Made by a program: the position numbers and the translations under genes. The notes under the pieces were generated by a model. That model did not search any database and had not been told where the DNA came from. It saw nothing but the letters and a program-made list of their open reading frames with translations. From Ignavibacteria bacterium (GTDB taxonomy: Bacteria > Elusimicrobiota > Endomicrobiia > PHAN01): a DNA stretch of 22,936 nt. Shown here piece after piece: positions 1-6,830 of the stretch (within the stretch, counting starts at the first letter, position 1; every line of letters starts with the position of its first letter). The stretch covers positions 1 to 22,936 of the forward strand of contig JBGFRZ010000068.1 of NCBI GenBank assembly GCA_041694835.1, given 5' to 3'.

Positions 1-97
1 TTGAGAGAAAATTCAGAAATTGAAAGAACTGTCAGCAATTTTTCAAACATAAATTGCTAAACCTACCGGCTAAATGGCGCTGGCTTTGCTAAATACT

Positions 98-115
98 GAC
101 TTTTTCAACACTCTC
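98..115. mobile_element. Putative IS/MITE terminal inverted repeat (IS1182/IS5-like end), partner end probably outside the window
   Basis: GACTTTTTCAACACTCTC. Its reverse complement GAGAGTGTTGAAAAAGTC resembles ends at 6686-6703 (GGGCTCACTGAAAAAGTC), 12187-12201 and 12435-12449. Family assignment is from memory only. Confidence 0.45.
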
Positions 116-116
116 A

Positions 117-824
117 TTATATATAATTAAAATCAAATTTCCAAACTATGTCAAAAATGTTTTTTTCAAATAGATTATATAGTTCAACGGTTTCAGGAAC
201 TATTGTTTTAATTTTAAGGTTTTCTCCCAGTATTTTTTGAGAGAAGTTAACTTGTTCGGAATTTTGTACTCGGTTTAATATCAGTGAAATCTCGTTTATT
301 TTTAATTTTAATTTTTTTGCGGTTTCCTTAATATGTAAAGCGGTTCTTAAACTGACGTGCTCTGGTGTAGAGACTATGAAAAGTTCGTCAATATTATCCG
401 TCGTTCTTCTTGAGAGATGTTCAAGCCCCGCTTCATTGTCAATTATGGTTGAAACATATTTTGCCGATAATTTTGACAGCGACGTTCTTAAGAGTTCATT
501 TACGAAACAATAGCAACCGGGACCCTCGGGTTTACCCATTACCAATAAATCAAAATCCTTATTTTCAGAAATGACTTCATTAATTTTTAATTCTAAGAAA
601 TCCGTTTTTGAAAACCCCGCAGGTAGCTTGTCGCTCTTTAAGTCATCCCTGATATCAGAAATGCTATTTTGATATTTCGCTCCAAGATAGTAGCAGAGAT
701 TTGAATTGGGGTCAGCATCTATAGCAAGAACCGGTTTTTTATTTTTTTCAATCAAGTATCTAACAAGAAGAGCGGTAATAGTAGTTTTCCCCACGCCTCC
801 TTTGCCTGCTGTTGCAATTCTCAT
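117..824 (-). CDS. acsF: CooC/AcsF-type nickel-insertion ATPase (ACS maturation)
   Basis: Deviant Walker A GKGGVGKTT, DADPN, GCYC metal motif, DNEAGLEHLSRRT. Lies directly after acsC-RACo, as acsF does in the Carboxydothermus-type acs cluster. Confidence 0.88.
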   Translation of the reverse strand: MRIATAGKGGVGKTTITALLVRYLIEKNKKPVLAIDADPNSNLCYYLGAKYQNSISDIRDDLKSDKLPAGFSKTDFLELKINEVISENKDFDLLVMGKPEGPGCYCFVNELLRTSLSKLSAKYVSTIIDNEAGLEHLSRRTTDNIDELFIVSTPEHVSLRTALHIKETAKKLKLKINEISLILNRVQNSEQVNFSQKILGENLKIKTIVPETVELYNLFEKNIFDIVWKFDFNYI

Positions 825-2644
825 TGTTTTAGAATTTTTTTTACCGTAGGAAATAAATCCAGATTTGTATGAGGCAAGAATAAAGTTGAAGAATACTCAT
901 TCATAAAAGTGGGATTGGTGCTCAAATCTATGTAAGTCATTTTTTCCGCTATTTTATTGACCAAATCCTTCGCCTCTCCTGAAAGAAGTATGTAACCCGC
1001 TCCTGTAACGCTTGAGTTCCCGATAAACTCATAAAGTTGCGTTGGAATGTCGGGCAACAAACCTATCATAATCGCTTTAGATATCTGGATATAGTTGCCA
1101 AATCCTCCCGATATGTATACTTTTTTTAAGTCGTTAAAATTAAATCCCGTTTCTTTTAGTAGTACCTCAATGCCCAGATACACCGCTCCTTTTGCTCTTA
1201 AGAGATTTTGAATGTCTATTTCGGTTAAAACAATTTTTTCTCCATCGGAAGTTTCATTTTCTTCGGCAATCACAAACTCTAATCCTGATTCATATACATA
1301 ATCATACTTCTGCACACGGGGATGAGTGGGTTCAAATTTTCCCAATTGGTTTATTATTTTGTTTTTTAAAAGTTCTGACAAAAGTTCAATGAGTCCTGAC
1401 CCGCAAATTCCTTTTGGTTTTTCCCCTCCGATTGTTTCATATTTAATTTCATTTTTGGTGATACTTATTTTACTGATAGCGCCGCCAACTGCATGAGTGC
1501 CGGACCTAATCCCTACGCCTTCAAAAGCAGGACCTGCCGAACATGCCGCGCATATTATGAAATCCTTGTTGCCTAAAGCGATTTCTCCATTTGTTCCCAC
1601 ATCAACAAGCATCGAAAGTTCGTCTGAAAAAGGCATTTCGGTAGCAAGTATCCCCGCCGTTATATCGCCACCCATATATCCGCTAACACAAGGAGATGAA
1701 TTGATTATTGCATTTCTATTAACGTCTAAACCAATTTTGTCAGCATAATAACTCGGAAAAAAACTTGCTACCGGACTATAGGGTTCCTTTCTCAGATACT
1801 CGGGAAAAATGTTGTAAACGATGTGTGTCATCGTCGTATTACCGGCAAAGACAATGTAGTTGATGTCTTGTTTATCAATATGATTTTCACCAATCAGTTT
1901 GTTTATTAAGTCATTGATGGTTTGAATAATGAGGTTATGAAGAATTTTAAGACCATCGTTTTTTTCTTCGGTAAAAATGATTCTTGTAATTACATCTTCT
2001 CCATAAATAACCTGGCGATTATAAGAAAATCTGGCGTCTATTATTTCCGCGGAGTTTATGTTAAAAAGATAAACTACTACGGTAGTTGTTCCGACGTCTA
2101 TCGCTATACCGTAGTTTTTGGAAGAGGTATCGCATTTTTCAATGTTTGTAACAACAACTCTGCATTTATCTTCGTAAAGTGTTAAGGTAATGTCGCCGCA
2201 AGAATTTCTGACGAGTTTACTAAGATACTGAAAGTTTTCAAGCGGTGTAACGAATTCTTTGGAAGAGTAAAATTTGCTTAATGCGGAAGTAATTTTTTCC
2301 CAATCACCCGCGAGATTTTTTTCTATGGCCGGTATTTTCAAGTTTATTTTTCTTACGGAAGGGCTAAACTTAAATTTATCTTTTTTAAATTTTAATGATG
2401 TATCAGAATAAATATTTTCTAATTTTGAAGCGGATGGTATAAAGACCTCGGCGTCATCTGTTATTACGGTTTTACAGGAGAGCACTTCCCTGGAGTTTAG
2501 TTTTACTATACATCTTCCGCAGATTCCTTTTTTGGCGCATCTGGTGTTGATTTGAAATCCGTTTCTTTCTAAAACATCCAATAGATTTTCACCGTTCTTT
2601 GTTTCTATTGTTTTATTTGCGGGAAGAACTTTAACGACGGGCAT
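821..2644 (-). CDS. acsV: ASKHA-type reductive activator of corrinoid protein (RACo/AcsV, DUF4445) with N-terminal [2Fe-2S] domain
   Basis: N-terminal CAKKGICGRC...C; ASKHA motifs DVGTTT, YGEDVITRI, DVGTNGE, SAGPAFEG, GICGSG, GGFGNY; 607 aa; follows acsC. Confidence 0.9.
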   Translation of the reverse strand: MPVVKVLPANKTIETKNGENLLDVLERNGFQINTRCAKKGICGRCIVKLNSREVLSCKTVITDDAEVFIPSASKLENIYSDTSLKFKKDKFKFSPSVRKINLKIPAIEKNLAGDWEKITSALSKFYSSKEFVTPLENFQYLSKLVRNSCGDITLTLYEDKCRVVVTNIEKCDTSSKNYGIAIDVGTTTVVVYLFNINSAEIIDARFSYNRQVIYGEDVITRIIFTEEKNDGLKILHNLIIQTINDLINKLIGENHIDKQDINYIVFAGNTTMTHIVYNIFPEYLRKEPYSPVASFFPSYYADKIGLDVNRNAIINSSPCVSGYMGGDITAGILATEMPFSDELSMLVDVGTNGEIALGNKDFIICAACSAGPAFEGVGIRSGTHAVGGAISKISITKNEIKYETIGGEKPKGICGSGLIELLSELLKNKIINQLGKFEPTHPRVQKYDYVYESGLEFVIAEENETSDGEKIVLTEIDIQNLLRAKGAVYLGIEVLLKETGFNFNDLKKVYISGGFGNYIQISKAIMIGLLPDIPTQLYEFIGNSSVTGAGYILLSGEAKDLVNKIAEKMTYIDLSTNPTFMNEYSSTLFLPHTNLDLFPTVKKILKQ

Positions 2645-2656
2645 AATGGGATGCCT

Positions 2657-3982
2657 CTATAAGGATTTCAGAAATTTTGGGATACCGGATGCTTCACGCG
2701 GTCCCACTAAAACGTCCCACCCCGTAACATCATTGAGTTTACCGCTCATGATAGAAACATAGCCCGGGATTATTATTTTTTTATGTTTTACTATCTCTGA
2801 TAAATTTTCTTTTTTCATAGCGTCATTTACTTTCTCCGATGTAAATTTATCCGCTGCCCAGGCGGTGAGAACCGACATCCCTTCGGTGTCAACGACAAGG
2901 AGATAACTTGCCACTTTGCTGTTTTCTATTTCGGGTGCAACCGAGTAATAAGTAAGTGAAAAATTAGTCGTAATTAAAACAGGCGAATTCTCGGTCACGT
3001 TGCCAAATTTATAAAGTTTTGGTTCAACAGCAACCGGTTTTTGAGGGTCGGTATATATATTTTGTCTCAATGAAACCAAAGCCATGTGAGCTGCGACTTC
3101 CGAAGTTTTAGTAACGACGATACTTGCGTATTTTTCTATATAGTGTGATGCTTCGGCGACCTCCGAATAAATATCTTGAGAAATGGTACTGACAAGAACA
3201 GGGTATCCTAAACTTCGGATATTTTTTTTAAGAGATAGTCGTCTTATTTGAGTAAGAGTATTTACGGTTTTTAAAATATCTTCCGGCTGTAGTTCAATAA
3301 TAATATTTTTGAAATTCTGTCCTGAAATTTCCGCTGTAAGTTTTGATATATCGTCAAGTGAAGTAGCAGTAATTGCAAGTGGGCAATTCATCTCCTGGGC
3401 GAGTTTTAAGAAATCTCTATAATTAGATGAGCGGGCTCCTGATAAAATTACCTTTTTATTCATTTCTTTAAGAATTTGAGAGAGAGTACCAATATTTGTT
3501 GAACGAGCAATAATGAAAGCGCTGGTTGATAAAATCCGTTTTAATATTTGGACAAATTTTGAAGTGTCAGTTAGTTTGTTTTCAATATAAATGAATTCAC
3601 TTCTTACAATTTGTCCTATTCGTTCAAATGTAAGTTTGCCAAAATCAGAGATGATTTTGCCAATTTGTTCCTCATCCATTTCATCGGAAATATACACCCC
3701 GAGTCCGCAGGGATTCCAGAAGGTTTTTTCATGACGGAACAAAACGGTTTCACCGCCGAGATTAATTGTTCTGTCGCCATCTTGAAATGCGATTGTTTTA
3801 ATCGGTGGTTCTGATGCTTCTTCTAAAGACCTCTTTGCATCTTCCGTGACATCGGGACATTTTTCAAGTGCTGTTTTTTTTGCGGCAAGTGCCATTGCAA
3901 AAGCAAGACAGGTCGCAAAACCGCATTTTTTACAGTTTGTTTTTGGTAATAATTTGTAAATATCTAAACCTGTTATCGGCAT
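2657..3982 (-). CDS. acsC: Corrinoid iron-sulfur protein large subunit (CFeSP gamma)
   Basis: LPKTNCKKCGFATCLAFA...CP [4Fe-4S] motif, GGETVLFRHEKTF, NIYTDPQKP, TTNFSLTY, SVLTAWAADKF, VGPREAS. Confidence 0.96.
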   Translation of the reverse strand: MPITGLDIYKLLPKTNCKKCGFATCLAFAMALAAKKTALEKCPDVTEDAKRSLEEASEPPIKTIAFQDGDRTINLGGETVLFRHEKTFWNPCGLGVYISDEMDEEQIGKIISDFGKLTFERIGQIVRSEFIYIENKLTDTSKFVQILKRILSTSAFIIARSTNIGTLSQILKEMNKKVILSGARSSNYRDFLKLAQEMNCPLAITATSLDDISKLTAEISGQNFKNIIIELQPEDILKTVNTLTQIRRLSLKKNIRSLGYPVLVSTISQDIYSEVAEASHYIEKYASIVVTKTSEVAAHMALVSLRQNIYTDPQKPVAVEPKLYKFGNVTENSPVLITTNFSLTYYSVAPEIENSKVASYLLVVDTEGMSVLTAWAADKFTSEKVNDAMKKENLSEIVKHKKIIIPGYVSIMSGKLNDVTGWDVLVGPREASGIPKFLKSL

Positions 3983-4038
3983 AAAAAACTCCCAGGATAA
4001 GCGACGAAGTTGATTATCTTGCTTCTTACATTAATTTC

Positions 4039-4201
4039 TGTAGTGCAACCTTTTCATTCTTCAGATTTTATTGTCGGACGCAGATTTGCAAGATTATCCT
4101 CGACTTGCTCGGAGATTGCCGACTACACAATCTACAACAGAACCTGAAGAACCAACCTTTTAAGAGCGCTTTCGTTAGCGAGGCTCAATCCTCGCATTAC
4201 A
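4039..4201. repeat. GTAG-type REP-like doublet interrupted by a MITE
   Basis: Outer ends TGTAGTGC (4039-4046) and GCATTACA (4194-4201) are inverted; internal hairpin GCGAGG-CTCAAT-CCTCGC at 4178-4195. Confidence 0.55.
4055..4153. mobile_element. 99-bp MITE-like element with 8-bp target-site duplication
   Basis: Imperfect TIRs TTCTTCAGATTTTATTGTCGG (4057-4077) and TCTACAACAGAACCTGAAGAA (4131-4151), 16/21 complementary; direct repeat AACCTTTT at 4047-4054 and 4154-4161. Confidence 0.7.
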
Positions 4202-4252
4202 AATCAGTTTCTGTAGGATTTTAACAAATATCCTTTTTATTTCCAAAGAGGA

Positions 4253-6451
4253 CTAGAACAACGGCGGTAAATCAAAGACGGGATGTTTTACCTTCTGTAG
4301 ATGTTCTATCAATTTATCCGATTCTGTCGCGACGGTTTCATCGGCTATTTTATCAATTAAATCGGGAATGCCCAACTCCTGGCATCTCTTAAGAAGTTTA
4401 TCTGATAAAAAATCTTTGAGTTCTTTGGTCATCCACACAACCCGTTTAAGACCATCTTCGGGAACAAGAAACTTTTTACTTGCCATATAAAGTCGTCCGA
4501 CACCTAAAAATCCGGGCACCTGATTTCCGCCGCCGACAGAACCCGCTAAAGTCGTAAAAGTCATTCCGACGGGAGTCATTCCTGTGTATCCGCGATTTAC
4601 CACCATAAATCCGTTGCATTCAGGAAGAACTGCTATAATACATTCAAAACATCCGCAAGACGTCGTCGGTGCATCCATTATGGAGTAGTTGCTGAATCTT
4701 TCAATAGATCTGTTGGAGTAGTTATATACAAAATCATTTACTCCTTTCCATTCACCTTTGATTTTATCCAGCTCCTCTCCTTTTTTGATGGGCTGGTTCA
4801 TTCCTTTTGGATTCATCTCGTAAGCAACCTTTCCATCCAACCAGTTGTATGCCCCGCATAGTCCCAACCGTTCGGGAGTAATAACGCAGACATGGTTGGG
4901 AGCATAACTCTGACAAAGCGTACAGGAATAAAATACATCTACCGATTCATCGGTCATTCCCGCCAATCGCATATCTCTTTCATCATAGATTTTTTTTGCC
5001 TCGGGGAGTATTTTTTCTATTTCATTTTTTGATGTCAATATTTTTACCTGAACTTTATCTACGAGTTCAGGATACATATCATGAAACTGCGCATGAAGAA
5101 TCACTCCCAGATGTTTGAGTAAAAACCCGGCTTTGAAAGCATCTTTTGAAATTCTCAGCCAGTTCTGATTTCGCTGTCCCATGTGGAGGAGCCCCATTGC
5201 AAAATTTAAAAAATGATGAATCTGTCTTTCAAGAATTGACTCATAATCCTTTTGCATCTTTTTCCCGGCAACTTCTACCACTATGCCAAGGGGAAGAGCA
5301 AACGGCAGGTCGCCTGAATTTAAGTCATATCCCGCTTTATCAATATCAACGCCCACTACCTCCACTTTTCCGTCTTCTACTTCGTTCATCTCTTTCATTT
5401 TAAGAAGTTCAAAAGAGATTGAATATTTTCCGCCGAATTCGGCAAATGTCTGCTCCTTTCGGACGCGTTCACCTTCAAATGCAGATGAAAAAGGAACGGG
5501 TATATTAATCTCTTTTATTTTTATCTTTAGTCCCCTGACCTCAATACATCTTTGCGGAATTCTTTGGTAATCTAATTCATTGACGACATGTTCATATGTG
5601 CAAATACCCGACGGTTTTATCTCGGGAATTCTGGTGTCGGATATTATTGGGAATCCCATATTTATTGCCGCGGCCGCTGTGGCATATTTTATTTCGTCAA
5701 CTTCTCCCAAAGCAACACCAAAGGCAAAGACGCGGTTTTTTGTATAAAGCAATGCCTCTCTTGCATTTCCTGGTTTGATTCCGCCAAACATTATAGCGCC
5801 TCTTATCGCCCAATTCAAGGGGTAAATTGCTGTGATAGTGTCTCTGCCGTAAGGAACGATGTAAGTGTCCCAACCGAGTTCTATTCCTTCTTGTTTCAAT
5901 TGGTCAATTATAGAAACGCCGTTTGTAGATGAACCAACAAAGGTTAGTATCTGTCTTTTCTGAAACTCCCTTACCAATTCAACAGCGATTTTGTTAGACG
6001 GCGCCGCTCCGAGTATTGCTGCAAATCCAGGAAGACGTCCATCTACCAGTTGTATTCCGAGAGTCCTTAAAATCGTGTCTGAAAAAAACCCCTGACAATC
6101 TGCTTGCGGTTCTTGTTCATACAGGTATCTTATTCCCGTAATAATTTCTTCTGCTAATAGTGTGGCAACTCCACCGTCAAGCGCTTCTCCGAGATAAGGT
6201 AACCAAAGTTGCCCGGCGGGTTCATTGTGAAGCAGAGATTTGGCTTCGTTTAAGGGTCGCCATATATCTTTGAGAATTTTTACTTCGCAACCGAGCAGAG
6301 CATGTGCCATCGGAAAATAAAACGCGGTATCGGGGAATTCGATTTTTTGTCCTTCACCTTTTTCCTTAATAGCATTTAAGAGTAAGGATTGGGCTTCGGC
6401 AACTACTTTTTTTGCACCTTTGATGACTTCTGTTGCAATTAATTTTGACAT
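4253..6451 (-). CDS. acsB: Acetyl-CoA synthase (CODH/ACS beta subunit, bacterial type)
   Basis: A-cluster ligands CTLCQSYAPNHVC...GLCG and TSCGCFEC; AFEGERVRK; 732 aa with bacterial N-terminal domain; SD GAGGAG at 6457-6462. Confidence 0.97.
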   Translation of the reverse strand: MSKLIATEVIKGAKKVVAEAQSLLLNAIKEKGEGQKIEFPDTAFYFPMAHALLGCEVKILKDIWRPLNEAKSLLHNEPAGQLWLPYLGEALDGGVATLLAEEIITGIRYLYEQEPQADCQGFFSDTILRTLGIQLVDGRLPGFAAILGAAPSNKIAVELVREFQKRQILTFVGSSTNGVSIIDQLKQEGIELGWDTYIVPYGRDTITAIYPLNWAIRGAIMFGGIKPGNAREALLYTKNRVFAFGVALGEVDEIKYATAAAAINMGFPIISDTRIPEIKPSGICTYEHVVNELDYQRIPQRCIEVRGLKIKIKEINIPVPFSSAFEGERVRKEQTFAEFGGKYSISFELLKMKEMNEVEDGKVEVVGVDIDKAGYDLNSGDLPFALPLGIVVEVAGKKMQKDYESILERQIHHFLNFAMGLLHMGQRNQNWLRISKDAFKAGFLLKHLGVILHAQFHDMYPELVDKVQVKILTSKNEIEKILPEAKKIYDERDMRLAGMTDESVDVFYSCTLCQSYAPNHVCVITPERLGLCGAYNWLDGKVAYEMNPKGMNQPIKKGEELDKIKGEWKGVNDFVYNYSNRSIERFSNYSIMDAPTTSCGCFECIIAVLPECNGFMVVNRGYTGMTPVGMTFTTLAGSVGGGNQVPGFLGVGRLYMASKKFLVPEDGLKRVVWMTKELKDFLSDKLLKRCQELGIPDLIDKIADETVATESDKLIEHLQKVKHPVFDLPPLF

Positions 6452-6478
6452 ATGAACTCCTCATGTTTTAGGGATAAC

Positions 6479-6507
6479 ATTATATCAAATTTTTCAACCC
6501 TTTTCTA
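6479..6507 (-). promoter_or_regulatory. Putative sigma70 promoter for acsB-acsC-acsV-acsF
   Basis: Minus strand reads TAGAAA (6507-6502), 17-bp spacer, TATAAT (6484-6479) preceded by TG in the extended -10 position (TGATATAAT); about 28 bp upstream of the acsB start. Confidence 0.6.
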
Positions 6508-6536
6508 TTACTGTGGTGCTCTGTCTTGTAAAGATT

Positions 6537-6685
6537 TAACGCTACTTTGTTAAGTGATTCTTCAGGCAACGAATGCCGCTCCCGTGTGTCATTGCAATCC
6601 GAAGGTGGGGCAATCTCGGTGTCAAAGTCGGGATTGCTTCGGTTTCACCTTGCAATGAAACCGCTGACTTAAGGAAGTAGTGTTA
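6537..6685. mobile_element. MITE-like element enclosing a GTCATTGC...GCAATGA palindrome
   Basis: TAACGCTACTTTGTTAAGT (6537-6555) and ACTTAAGGAAGTAGTGTTA (6667-6685) are 16/19 complementary; internal TCATTGCAA...GCAATCTC...GGGATTGC...TTGCAATGA at 6589-6658. Confidence 0.6.
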
Positions 6686-6715
6686 GGGCTCACTGAAAAA
6701 GTCATGTAAGCACAG

Positions 6716-6822
6716 AACTTGTCCCGCCTTGGCGGGATTAACATTCACCCCGTTAGAAGTAGCCGTCAACTTTCAGTCGACGCATGCTACGACAATTAAA
6801 AACGCCAATAAATTGGCGACTA
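6716..6822. repeat. Cluster of small palindromic repeats downstream of fdhA
   Basis: GTCCCGCCTTGGCGGGAT (6721-6738; 17/18 identical to 12083-12100), CATTCACCCCGTTAGAA (6742-6758; exact reverse complement of 12404-12420), GTAG-type REP doublet GTAGCCGTCAAC...CGCCAATAAATTGGCGACTA (6759-6822). Confidence 0.7.
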
Positions 6823-6830
6823 AAAAATGC

